Virus record (IMG/VR): IMGVR_UViG_3300009702_000024
Length of the DNA stretch: 64,000 bases
Reading direction: 5' to 3' (one strand)
From: an uncultured virus (IMG/VR IMGVR_UViG_3300009702_000024)
Taxonomy: Duplodnaviria; Heunggongvirae; Uroviricota; Caudoviricetes
Shown here: piece by piece, positions 10,504-20,566 of the stretch
Layout of the letters: each line of letters opens with the position of its first letter
Numbering within the stretch: the first letter of the stretch is position 1
Notes under the pieces: model-generated
Told to the model about the DNA's origin: nothing
What the model saw: only the letters and a program-made list of their open reading frames with translations
Databases searched by the model: none
Translations under genes and position numbers: made by a program

Positions 10504-11118
10504 TTGATATACATGTCAATCGAGGGACTTAATTCAACTCCACGAGTAGACAAAAATATAGAGAGAGATAATTATACAATAATTCAAGAAGTGAATAAAA
10601 TTATACACTCAAAAAATGTTGTGTGCTATTTGTTCGCAGATCAATCAGTTCTTTCTAAAATAAATAAGAATTCAATGAAAGTAAAATATAGTCAACCTCT
10701 TCCTCTATTGATTAGTAAATTTGATATAGCGGGTGAAGGAATTTCAGAATTTGTAGCTTGGAAAGGTTATTCTAATCAGCATCCAATAAACAAAAAAACA
10801 AAATTTTCTTCTAAATTAACTGCTTATATCCAAGAGGATTATTACATAAATGTTATTCTCTGGATGTCGAAATACAATATTCCTATAACACTTTTATTCA
10901 TGTCTATAACTCGTGATCTCAAAAAATTAAATATTGGAGGTAGCAGTAATACACAACTTTTACATAGACTTTATCCACATTTTCTATTTAAAGCTGATAT
11001 AGAAAGTACAAAGATACTTGCTTCGTCTTCAGAATTTGTCTCCGCTCAATTGAATTTGAATATTGAAGAACTGTTCTTCGAAGGAGATGATGAAGTAAAT
11101 ATTTCGATTGGACAATAA
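10504..11118 (+). CDS. Second tail tube-like protein
   Basis: Same size as, and aligns by eye with, the preceding tube gene. Confidence 0.5.
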   Translation: MIYMSIEGLNSTPRVDKNIERDNYTIIQEVNKIIHSKNVVCYLFADQSVLSKINKNSMKVKYSQPLPLLISKFDIAGEGISEFVAWKGYSNQHPINKKTKFSSKLTAYIQEDYYINVILWMSKYNIPITLLFMSITRDLKKLNIGGSSNTQLLHRLYPHFLFKADIESTKILASSSEFVSAQLNLNIEELFFEGDDEVNISIGQ

Positions 11119-11169
11119 AAGCATTTACAACAAAAAGGTATTTAACACAATATTAGCATATATATAATT

Positions 11170-11493
11170 GTGAAAGTTGTAGAAGTTGACGATATAATTT
11201 ACATCGATAAAGATCAGCGAGTTAAGATTGTTGTAAAAGGTAAAGGAGATCAAAAAGAAAGATATTTTATTATACGACCTATAACAACTAATGAGTATTA
11301 TCAGTACTTACAAGATGAAAAGGAAACGGTTGAAACGAAGAAAAAATTATTGTCTTCATGCATAGTAGAACCTACAATGACAATTGAGGATCTAGGTAAT
11401 GAGACTCCCGGTTTATTTCTTTTCCTTTATCAGAAACTTCTCAGTATAAGTTTTTTACAACAGATGGACTCGAAGCAGTCGAGAACCGAGTGA
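11170..11493 (+). CDS. Tail assembly chaperone (G-like)
   Basis: Between tube and tape measure; IRPIT..EY and LLSSCIVEP motifs; slippery site near 3' end. Confidence 0.8.
   Translation: MKVVEVDDIIYIDKDQRVKIVVKGKGDQKERYFIIRPITTNEYYQYLQDEKETVETKKKLLSSCIVEPTMTIEDLGNETPGLFLFLYQKLLSISFLQQMDSKQSRTE
11451..11457 (+). promoter_or_regulatory. -1 ribosomal frameshift slippery heptamer T TTT TTA
   Basis: X XXY YYZ phasing; -1 frame is open into ORF 11490..11729. Confidence 0.85.
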
Positions 11494-11729
11494 AACAACC
11501 ATTGTTTCAGATGGCTCTTAAAGTGGCAAAAGAATTAAGTTATAGATTGGAGGATGTGAGAGATATGCCATTCGCTAAAACATATTCATTGTATTATGGA
11601 TTGCTTGTATTAGACGGTTCTGTAAAACCGGGCATTGAGTTATCTGTTGAAGAAAAAGACTTAATGCATAATCTTAGTAATATAGATATGAATGATTTGC
11701 AAGAAGCGATGAAGAATTTTGTAGGGTGA
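11490..11729 (+). CDS. Tail assembly chaperone frameshift extension (T-like)
   Basis: -1 frame relative to upstream chaperone; ELSYRLEDVRDMP motif; precedes tape measure. Confidence 0.75.
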   Translation: MKQPLFQMALKVAKELSYRLEDVRDMPFAKTYSLYYGLLVLDGSVKPGIELSVEEKDLMHNLSNIDMNDLQEAMKNFVG

Positions 11730-11733
11730 TATT

Positions 11734-14070
11734 ATGGCAGACAAATACCAATATGAAATTTCAGTAGATGTTGAAAGTTTAGATAGATTAGAAAAAGCAG
11801 CGGATAATGTTATAAAAATTGTCAGAGATTTGGATGATGACACTCTTAAGATATTAGCAGATCATAATGCAAAAATACAGTCTTCCGGGTCGTTTGACAC
11901 AGATGCACTTCTGACAAAATTAACTGATTTTATGGAGCAGAATATTGTAAAACAGTCATCGCTTGTACAAATTCCTTTAGCTCAAAAATTTAATGATGAC
12001 AATCTTACTATGTCGATGGATAGTGTTCGAGATGATCTGAAGATGATGATGGATACTATTAAAGATCAATTTCGAAAAAATAAAGAAAATATGGCTCTAC
12101 TTGGAGATACTATTAAGAGCAATTTTGAAATGGTTATTGATGAGAACACAACTGTTGAAAGCATCATTAAAAAAATTGAAAGTATAGAAGGTAATGATGA
12201 TCTTAAAGTAAAACTTCTTGAAGTGTTGGATGCTGATAATGGTCTTCAAAAATTTGCTGACATGCAAACTCTTTTAGGAGAATTGAAGGAATTTAAAACT
12301 CTTATATCAGTTCTTTTGAATACAAATGTAGATAATGAAATGAAAACTGAAGAGCTTAAACAGTTAGCTCAAAACATTCTTGATAAAGTTCAAGATGAAC
12401 AAACAAGAAAGTTAATCGATCGTGCACTTTCTACAAATGAGAATATTACAGAACCAGAAAGTATCATATCTAAAAAGAAAATCACGAATATGGGAAATAG
12501 ACTCACTCGTATACAAGATTTGAATAAAACTATTGAAGATGTCACAAAAATAATTGATAAAATTGATGCTCTTGTTCCTCAAGATGTATCTATAGAAAAT
12601 TTTTCTACAAAATTGGACGAAGCAAAAAAAATTCTTGGTATAGCGGAAAAACCACGTGAGAAACTTACTTCTTCGTATTTGACTGAAACTTATGATGCTT
12701 TTGCTGAAGCAGCATTGCAGTTTAGAGCACAATTTTCTAAGATGGATAAAAAAATGATAGAGTCTGTGAATAAAGCTCTTGCAGATTTAGATGTTTCAAT
12801 TTTTGGAAATGAATTTAATGAAGGAGATGTTTCAGTTGACAAATTATTTTTAGAAGTGAAACAAAATTTGTTGGATAAGATTGAAGAGCTAAAAAATAAG
12901 AAAGAGAAGACAACTAAATTGCTGGGAAAACCAAATAGTGCTTCGATGATAAATGCACGAGAAATTATGGAAGACACGTTTAAGCAAATAGAGCAACAGT
13001 ATTATAATCTTGGACTTCTTGATATTACTACTGTAAAAGGCAATGATGAGACTTATATAGATAATGCACAGACATTTAGAAAACTCGACAGACTTCAAGG
13101 AATGGACAAGACCCATAAATCGTTCAAAAGAGCTATGGATGCTATAATGAGCGGGTTCACTGGAGTACTTGAAAAAGGATCAGAAAATCAAAAAAATAGA
13201 TTGCTGGAACTTATGAAAGATCAAGAGATGGAACTGTTTCAAAAAGTTGCTATTTCAATAAGTGGAGTAGACTGGACAAAGGATATTAAACCAGCATTGG
13301 AAAATTTTGGTGTGGGGAAGAAAGGTGGATCATTTTCTTCTGAGATTGAGAGTGATAAATTTAACCAGTTTCTGACAGAATTAGAGAATAATATTAGTCC
13401 AAGTTCTATGACTGATATATTCCGAGATAAATTGTCTAAATTTAATGTTGATTGGTTCACGAAAATAGCAAGTGGTATTGATGAAGAATTAGATGTCAGT
13501 AAAAGAGTAGATGATATTCGATCAAAATTAGATACAACAATATCTGAAATGAATGATGCGATTATGCAAGTTATAAGTGAGCAAATAGGTTTGAATTCAC
13601 TTGATACACAGTCTATTCTTGCAGATGAATTCGCTGATATTATTAAAGATATGAACAAAGCTGTCAAAAATATAAATAAGATACCTAAAGCATCGTCAGC
13701 GTTTTTGAATAATATTCCAAGTAGTTCTTCTTTATCTACAACTACAAATGCAACAAATACGGGAAATAGTGGGAAAAATTTTGATGAAAGATTGAAAAGA
13801 ATTGTCATGAAGAATTTCATGGAGATAGGTAGTGATTTAGAAGGTGTGTTTCCAAAAATTCAAAAACAGTATATAGATGCTTTAGGCAGTAATAGTGATT
13901 TATTTAAAGACGTGTATAATCTCGTTAAAGATCAATTTAAATCTATAAAGAAGGAGTCAGCTAAGAGTATGAAAAAGATGGATGCTGTAAATATGTCTTT
14001 CAAGGATTTAGAACAAAAGATACAAGAATTTATACAAAAACTTGAAATAAAAAACAATGATAGGATCTGA
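11734..14070 (+). CDS. Tape measure protein
   Basis: 778 aa, largely helical, directly after chaperone pair. Confidence 0.7.
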   Translation: MADKYQYEISVDVESLDRLEKAADNVIKIVRDLDDDTLKILADHNAKIQSSGSFDTDALLTKLTDFMEQNIVKQSSLVQIPLAQKFNDDNLTMSMDSVRDDLKMMMDTIKDQFRKNKENMALLGDTIKSNFEMVIDENTTVESIIKKIESIEGNDDLKVKLLEVLDADNGLQKFADMQTLLGELKEFKTLISVLLNTNVDNEMKTEELKQLAQNILDKVQDEQTRKLIDRALSTNENITEPESIISKKKITNMGNRLTRIQDLNKTIEDVTKIIDKIDALVPQDVSIENFSTKLDEAKKILGIAEKPREKLTSSYLTETYDAFAEAALQFRAQFSKMDKKMIESVNKALADLDVSIFGNEFNEGDVSVDKLFLEVKQNLLDKIEELKNKKEKTTKLLGKPNSASMINAREIMEDTFKQIEQQYYNLGLLDITTVKGNDETYIDNAQTFRKLDRLQGMDKTHKSFKRAMDAIMSGFTGVLEKGSENQKNRLLELMKDQEMELFQKVAISISGVDWTKDIKPALENFGVGKKGGSFSSEIESDKFNQFLTELENNISPSSMTDIFRDKLSKFNVDWFTKIASGIDEELDVSKRVDDIRSKLDTTISEMNDAIMQVISEQIGLNSLDTQSILADEFADIIKDMNKAVKNINKIPKASSAFLNNIPSSSSLSTTTNATNTGNSGKNFDERLKRIVMKNFMEIGSDLEGVFPKIQKQYIDALGSNSDLFKDVYNLVKDQFKSIKKESAKSMKKMDAVNMSFKDLEQKIQEFIQKLEIKNNDRI

Positions 14071-14075
14071 TACAT

Positions 14076-14717
14076 ATGATACGAGATGGAATACCAAGAT
14101 TGATAATAACTGATCTCAATGCAATAGTCTCACAATTATTGACGAATGTAATAGCTTCATCTATTGAATTGGGAAATCAGAGCGAAGCTATTTTTGCTCA
14201 GAATATGTTGAGAAGTGGTATATATGATTTAAAAGCTACAGCTATCAGAATACGAGGAGAATTAATTCTTCCTAAATCTAAAGGAATAGGATCAGTTGGA
14301 GAAATTCTGCACATGATTGGATCTAAGAATGAGGAGGTTCATCTTGAAATAACAGAAGACAGATTTCCCGGTATTCTTGGATCCACGCTTAAGATAATGA
14401 TTTCTAAACTTCTAAATAGAGGTTCTATGGTAATTCTTGTAGATGATACTCTTCTTACTATTACAGCTATTATCAAGAATTACGATATACATAAATCTGG
14501 CTTAGAAGACGGAATAATTACAATATCTGTGGTCTTAGAAGTTCTTCCTATTCTTGATCAGCAGTCAGATATTTTCAATTCACTGGTATCTCTCACTTTA
14601 ACAACATTGACTTCAAGTATCAATAATAAGATAGGGATATGGAGAACGACAACAAGAAATGAATTTGCCTTTATTAGCAAATTCATTGAAGACAAGGTGA
14701 GATCCAATGGACAATAA
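14076..14717 (+). CDS. Putative tail tube initiator/baseplate protein
   Basis: Between tape measure and hub. Confidence 0.45.
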   Translation: MIRDGIPRLIITDLNAIVSQLLTNVIASSIELGNQSEAIFAQNMLRSGIYDLKATAIRIRGELILPKSKGIGSVGEILHMIGSKNEEVHLEITEDRFPGILGSTLKIMISKLLNRGSMVILVDDTLLTITAIIKNYDIHKSGLEDGIITISVVLEVLPILDQQSDIFNSLVSLTLTTLTSSINNKIGIWRTTTRNEFAFISKFIEDKVRSNGQ

Positions 14718-17700
14718 TTTATTTTTTGGTAACGATTTTAGAGTTCTCGCTCCGAGAGTTTTCGTCAAAATTTATAGACTTCATAAGACATTTGACAGTA
14801 TATCGGACGGGAGAATTTTTGAACCGAAATCTTTCAATTTTTCTCCTCGTGATAAAATAAATAACGATGCTCAAAAAAGAATTAAAGGGATTAAACATGA
14901 GACAACTGCATTGTTTGGAGAGACGTGTGAGATTAATATTGGAGATGATTTAGGAGGAAAATATCTCAATGATGTCCAAGAAGGAGATTATATAGAAGTT
15001 TATTATGTTGATACAAAACAAGAGACATCTGATTTAATACAGAAAATATTTGACTTCTCGTCTTACACTTCTTATAGATCTAGTGAAATTGAGAATTTAA
15101 ATCCGAAATTTACGGGTCACGTTTGGAAGGTAGAAGAGATTCAAAAACCTTCTCAGATAACACTGACGGTCTATGCATGGGATTATCATAGATTACTTCA
15201 GTATGTAAATATTCCAAGAGGACAGAGGACTACGAGGTTTTCATACAGAAAACTTATCGTTGATAGTGACAGTAAAAAATTTAGAACGAATATTATTCAA
15301 GGAGATTTACATTTTCAAAATGATTTTTTGGATTATGTGGACGGAGTGTTTCAAATTATGCTTCGTAATATTAGTACTTCAAATAAGGGTTTTGTATTCA
15401 GAAAACCGGTTGTCACATATAAATTGGATGAGAATAAAGTTAACGTTTCTCTTAATATTCCAAATATACAATTATGTGGTATTGGATCAGCTATAAAAGT
15501 AGATGATTTTGAGAGAGAGTATGGTACTTCAGCGATTAATGCTTTGACGAACTTAAATTCTTTTAAACAATTTACAAGTGAGAATATTGGATTGGAGATA
15601 GATAAGAAAATAGCAGAATTTTATTCGTCTGATACTGAAGTAGATAGTGCAGTGTTTAGATTTATGGATGCAACTATCAAGATAGATGGAAATGCATCAC
15701 AGTCATCTATATCGTATCATTTCGTTGGAGATATTGTGACAATCAACCAATTTTATTTGTCACAGCTTCTCGTATCTGGTGTGACATATGAGCAAGGAAT
15801 AAATGAATGGTACACTCCAATCGTTGACATAGATGCTAATTATCGGGATAAAATTCGTGATCTACATAAACAATTCCCATTCAAGACCGCACAGAATGAC
15901 ACTTTGAGAATGAGAAATGGATTGCTCACATATGTATCATTCAGAATTCAAGTGCTGGGTGCTGAGAATACAATTCAAAATCAAGAGGAATTCCCATCAT
16001 TCTCGAAATTAGTATCTTTCAATATTGACTCATTTTCAGAAATTATAGAGTTTTTTTCTAAAGCAAATGAAATAAGTCTTTCTGCTGTAGCAGACTCAAT
16101 TTATGGAAGTAATTCTTCTATAGATAATTCAGATTTACGTTATAATCCAAATTTATTATCGATAGCTCTTTCTATTGTGAATTTTCCTCAAATCAAAAAA
16201 GAATATGAATATATTACACAAATAGATGATTTGATGCTCACAGAAAATCAGAATAATGTGTTGCGTAGATTGCAGCAAGTTTATGATTTAGAAGGTAGCA
16301 ATGCCTTTCTCGTTTATTACCAGATGATAAATAAATTCTCGGTTAATGTTCAGAGGTATTCTGATTTGATGATGACAGCTTTTCGTACTGACAGTCATTT
16401 CATTCAATATGTGTCGTCTATTCCGGGAAATTATATGAGAGCTGATATTTATACTGGATCGAAATTTAAGACTTTAGGATATGACTCAATCTCAATTGTT
16501 CGAATGGTACAAATATTAACTTCGTCAATGGTAGGATTTCCACCAACTAATAATCCTATTTTTTCGGGAGGAGATGCTTCATCAACAAAAGAATATTTTC
16601 CAATGAGTATTACAAATAGAGTTTTGGTGGAGAGCATGACAGTCATGACGACAAAAGTTGATAATGCAGTTGGCAAATATGAAGGTTACACAAGATTGGA
16701 TAAACTAAGTGAAGGTAGTGAATTTTTCCAATTCCAAATATTGAAGATTGGATTTCGAGATACTCTTTCCTCTTCTGAAGAAGCTGAATTCAATATTCCA
16801 ATAACTCATGTTAATGATATTGGAATTGTCAAAGGATCAGCGATAAATAAAATATTTAAATTCAATGTGGATCTAGGGAATAATGATAAATTTAGTAATA
16901 TTCGCAGTGCATTAGAAAGTAATTCTACGAGAGAGGATAAAGTTACAATTACAGTTCTTGGAAACAATGATATTCAACAGCAAAGAGAAGCAAATTTGCT
17001 TTCCGAGATCCCAAATGTTCCACTCATCATAGCATACAAAATGGGATCGGACAAAAAAGTGTCGGATATGACTGTCAGTGCACCCGAATTTGAGACATTA
17101 TCTCTTAACGATCTTACGAAATCTGAAGTATATGATAGTTTATTCAATAGAGTAAGACATTTCTACAATGTGTCAGTTAATTCAGCGTCACAACTTCCAA
17201 CATCAAATCCTCATCTGAGCGGTATAATTCATTTACTTGGTAATATCATGGAACAGACGACAATTACCACAGAACCGAATATAGATAAAAGTTATATTTT
17301 CTCTCCAATTATTCCTTCAGCGAGAAGCGAGACGTATATGAGTAGATCATTTGCTCTGGATTATAGCGATACTCAATCTATCAACACTGACAATTACAAT
17401 GCTCTTAAGGGATTTCAGAGACATCTTGTTTCAGTAACTCAATATTGTGATATATCTGATATTATTATAGAGTTACAAAATATGTACCAAATGGCGGTTA
17501 ACAAAGAAGTTCTCAACAAAGATATATCTAACGCTTCTAATTCAAAAACGCTAATGGAAAATATAATTATCAGAACACCATATATTCCCGTAATTATTGA
17601 GGATAAAGTTCAATCATTGTCCGATAGAGTGTCTGGTACAGCTTCTCAATTCACCGTAAAGAGACTTTCAGTAGTAAATACTGAAGATGTGTTAGGAGAT

Positions 17701-18447
17701 GCCGAAGTGACAATGTACACATATATTAAAACTTTGAAAGATCAAGGTTTGTTTGATATGACACAGCAAGATATGGTGTGGACTCTTCCATTACAAGGAC
17801 ATATCATTCAAGCATTAGATACAAACAATTTTACATTTAAATTACCCAAAGTGAATTTCACAATCGGTGGATTTGTGATTGATGTTGTTCAAGCTCGTAG
17901 TTATTCTGCTGTTATAATTCTCGACACACTCGTTAAGGGAATGCGGTACATCATGTGGTCATTGAATAAATCAAGATTTGTCAATCACATATATTCTCCT
18001 ATAGATTACAAAAAATATCAAGTTAATGTGAAATCAACAGAAGATCCTATCATTAAACCGGGATCATCGGTGATAGTATCTAAACCTAAAGAGTTCGATC
18101 TCAACGAGCAATCTAGTGCGGGTATTTCCTCTCGTGCATCTTTATTGATAGACAGTTTTGATAAAGTAAAAGGTATATTTGGAAATGGTAAACTCTTTCG
18201 TGATAGACTTGGTAAAGAAAATATTTTAGAAGTGTTTTCTGACGAGAATGGGAAATATGGTATGATCTGGTATGTCTCAAAGAAAGTTGTCTATATAGGT
18301 GAAGATGTAGGAGCTATGATGAGTCTTCTATGCACTGAAGGTAGTTTTAATTGGACTGTATTTTATAGGGAAGACACACAACTTACAGAAGTTGCGGAAT
18401 ACTTTCTGAAGCAAGGGCTTGGAAGCTTCTTCTTACGAGGTGAGTAA
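14707..18447 (+). CDS. Baseplate hub protein with large insertion
   Basis: EGDYIEVYY..FTGHVWKV..LTVYAWD N-terminus and IKPGSSV..WYVSK C-terminus resemble gp27/gpD-type hubs. Confidence 0.6.
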   Translation: MDNNLFFGNDFRVLAPRVFVKIYRLHKTFDSISDGRIFEPKSFNFSPRDKINNDAQKRIKGIKHETTALFGETCEINIGDDLGGKYLNDVQEGDYIEVYYVDTKQETSDLIQKIFDFSSYTSYRSSEIENLNPKFTGHVWKVEEIQKPSQITLTVYAWDYHRLLQYVNIPRGQRTTRFSYRKLIVDSDSKKFRTNIIQGDLHFQNDFLDYVDGVFQIMLRNISTSNKGFVFRKPVVTYKLDENKVNVSLNIPNIQLCGIGSAIKVDDFEREYGTSAINALTNLNSFKQFTSENIGLEIDKKIAEFYSSDTEVDSAVFRFMDATIKIDGNASQSSISYHFVGDIVTINQFYLSQLLVSGVTYEQGINEWYTPIVDIDANYRDKIRDLHKQFPFKTAQNDTLRMRNGLLTYVSFRIQVLGAENTIQNQEEFPSFSKLVSFNIDSFSEIIEFFSKANEISLSAVADSIYGSNSSIDNSDLRYNPNLLSIALSIVNFPQIKKEYEYITQIDDLMLTENQNNVLRRLQQVYDLEGSNAFLVYYQMINKFSVNVQRYSDLMMTAFRTDSHFIQYVSSIPGNYMRADIYTGSKFKTLGYDSISIVRMVQILTSSMVGFPPTNNPIFSGGDASSTKEYFPMSITNRVLVESMTVMTTKVDNAVGKYEGYTRLDKLSEGSEFFQFQILKIGFRDTLSSSEEAEFNIPITHVNDIGIVKGSAINKIFKFNVDLGNNDKFSNIRSALESNSTREDKVTITVLGNNDIQQQREANLLSEIPNVPLIIAYKMGSDKKVSDMTVSAPEFETLSLNDLTKSEVYDSLFNRVRHFYNVSVNSASQLPTSNPHLSGIIHLLGNIMEQTTITTEPNIDKSYIFSPIIPSARSETYMSRSFALDYSDTQSINTDNYNALKGFQRHLVSVTQYCDISDIIIELQNMYQMAVNKEVLNKDISNASNSKTLMENIIIRTPYIPVIIEDKVQSLSDRVSGTASQFTVKRLSVVNTEDVLGDAEVTMYTYIKTLKDQGLFDMTQQDMVWTLPLQGHIIQALDTNNFTFKLPKVNFTIGGFVIDVVQARSYSAVIILDTLVKGMRYIMWSLNKSRFVNHIYSPIDYKKYQVNVKSTEDPIIKPGSSVIVSKPKEFDLNEQSSAGISSRASLLIDSFDKVKGIFGNGKLFRDRLGKENILEVFSDENGKYGMIWYVSKKVVYIGEDVGAMMSLLCTEGSFNWTVFYREDTQLTEVAEYFLKQGLGSFFLRGE

Positions 18448-19521
18448 ATGGTAGTCGTGTTTACATACTCTGAAAGTATAGGTTTGCCTAATGAGAAATT
18501 TAGATTTCGAGCTATTGTATTTGACCAAGAAGTGAACCAAAGATCTTTTAGCAAAACTGTTCAAGTTGAGGACAATAGACCTATTGTAAAAATTCCAAAT
18601 TTTGAGAATGGTTATGTGATGGTTCATACAGAATATGGTTACAAAGCATATAATTACAAATTGGCGACATTCATTGTCACTGATGAAATTGAACATTATC
18701 CCGGTAGTTCTCAGTATGGATTAGTCACAATTAAGAATGATCCTTTCCAGTCAATAGACCCTTCAATAGCTGATGGGCAGACAGCTATTGAGGCAGTTAA
18801 GAGATATGTGGGTAATGTCAGATGTGGTTACAGTCGTATACTGGAGCACATTGGTGGAACTGTCAATTTACCGGACACTGATCTTTTTGCTACACAGACA
18901 AATCTCACGGAAATACCATTTTTCCCGCCACCTCCGTCAAATTATGATCAACCAGATCGTGTGAAAATAGTGACGACAGATACTGGATACAAGCATTATA
19001 TTGTCTCTCCACATCCGTTAAGTGGCACAAAATCAGCTTTGGAAACAAAGGAGTTGACTGGAAAGAAAACTATTGTGTGGGACAATACCCACGCAGAATT
19101 TTTAGCCAAAGAGGATATTTCATCGGTGTCCGCTGACGATAAACAAGCTTTAAAAGTTCAAGGAATAGAAGCTGTTTTAGATGCTGCCCTTTCTGCTATT
19201 CATGCTAATCTTGGAACATTCAAAGCTGAAGAAGGAGTTTGGGAACAAATTAATATTCCCGGTCAGTGCAAAATACGATCTGACAGCACAGCTGTTGTGA
19301 TAGAAATATACGAAGCTGATTGGAGTGCTGTGGCTGCATTTATTAAAATAGATGTTGCAACTGGGTTAGTTACTTTTCAATCTGGTGCTGATACTTCTAT
19401 TGCATTGGCTAAGGATGGAGATATTACAGTCACTTCAAAAGGTAAGACAATTGTAAATTCAACTGGTAATGTAGAAATAAATGGAACTGTGAAAATAGTT
19501 GGTAGTTTGGATGTGAGTTGA
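18448..19521 (+). CDS. Baseplate central spike (gpV/gp5-like)
   Basis: C-terminal beta-helix-like repeats (SIALAKDGDITVTSKGKTIVNSTGNVEING); follows hub. Confidence 0.65.
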   Translation: MVVVFTYSESIGLPNEKFRFRAIVFDQEVNQRSFSKTVQVEDNRPIVKIPNFENGYVMVHTEYGYKAYNYKLATFIVTDEIEHYPGSSQYGLVTIKNDPFQSIDPSIADGQTAIEAVKRYVGNVRCGYSRILEHIGGTVNLPDTDLFATQTNLTEIPFFPPPPSNYDQPDRVKIVTTDTGYKHYIVSPHPLSGTKSALETKELTGKKTIVWDNTHAEFLAKEDISSVSADDKQALKVQGIEAVLDAALSAIHANLGTFKAEEGVWEQINIPGQCKIRSDSTAVVIEIYEADWSAVAAFIKIDVATGLVTFQSGADTSIALAKDGDITVTSKGKTIVNSTGNVEINGTVKIVGSLDVS

Positions 19522-19937
19522 TGGCTAAGGTTGTAAATAATGGAACAGCTTTTTCTGGAACTGTAAATGCAATTCCCCCTTTACCTATAGGTGGATCTAT
19601 TACTGTCACTCCAAATAAAATGTCTGCATCCTCAAATGAAATTGCTTTAGAAGCAGATGTTGACAGTACATTGTCTACACTTTTTCCAACTTTTCCTTAC
19701 ATAAGTAAAAATTATGTTACTCCCGGAGTACTTACTTACTCGTCAATAGATGAGATACCTTTAGCAACAAAAACAACGAAGGGGGGGACAGCTATTGTGT
19801 TGGAAGGTACATTAAAATTCACAATGAATGTGACAACTCCAGCTATTGATCCGAGTAATGGTTCTCCAGACCCAACTACATCATACCAAGCAACTGTTAC
19901 ATTATCACCCACGCAGACAGTTTTTACTTCTGCTTAA
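19521..19937 (+). CDS. Putative spike tip protein
   Basis: Small Thr/Pro-rich protein after spike. Confidence 0.4.
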   Translation: MAKVVNNGTAFSGTVNAIPPLPIGGSITVTPNKMSASSNEIALEADVDSTLSTLFPTFPYISKNYVTPGVLTYSSIDEIPLATKTTKGGTAIVLEGTLKFTMNVTTPAIDPSNGSPDPTTSYQATVTLSPTQTVFTSA

Positions 19938-20022
19938 AATATTTAAATTAGGAATAATCTTTTCATGACTTAAAAGAGAGTAAGATTTAAATGTTTCAAT
20001 GTCGTATCAAAAATAGATAAAC

Positions 20023-20532
20023 ATGGTCGTAGCAACAGTAGTACTCAGTGAAAGTAACGGTGCAAGTGAGACCGTCACTGACAATATCGCTAATCTCAAC
20101 ATGGGAAGTATTGACTCTCCAAATGTAAATTATGCGAGTAATCCGATCGTAGCGGGTACAAACTCATACGAGAAATGGTTAAGAATTAAACTCGTAAACA
20201 TTAACAACTCTAACAAGATTGACAATTTCCAGATATATATGACACCAGCTCCAAGTATTACGGGTGTGTCATATCTCACAAATCTTAAAACTGCACCTTT
20301 GAACCAGAATGCATATTCTACACCCACTAATGCTGTGTCATCCGTTGCAACTTTACCCATGCCAACAAGTGATCCCGGTGTTGAGAATATTGGTGTTGCT
20401 GGAGGTAGTAGCGGTCTATCAACAGCAAATTCATATTCTGACTATTTTGTCATGCAAGTTCAGACAACAGCAGCATCTCCTCCGGGTGATATTCCACAAA
20501 AAACAATTCATGTCGAATACGATGAGCAATAA
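20023..20532 (+). CDS. Virion structural protein (beta-rich), first gene of repeat-protein module
   Basis: GTNSYEKWLRIK and SDYFVMQV motifs; upstream TATA-like element. Confidence 0.5.
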   Translation: MVVATVVLSESNGASETVTDNIANLNMGSIDSPNVNYASNPIVAGTNSYEKWLRIKLVNINNSNKIDNFQIYMTPAPSITGVSYLTNLKTAPLNQNAYSTPTNAVSSVATLPMPTSDPGVENIGVAGGSSGLSTANSYSDYFVMQVQTTAASPPGDIPQKTIHVEYDEQ

Positions 20533-20566
20533 ATATCTTTTTAATATTGAAAGTAAATAGTCATAT

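Noticed and set aside
13239..13820. 193-aa antisense ORF and similar short nested ORFs
   Set aside because: Shadow frames of long genes, with no motifs or RBS.
8573..19937. Extracellular contractile injection system or tailocin
   Set aside because: Portal, capsid, terminase and replication genes show a complete virus.
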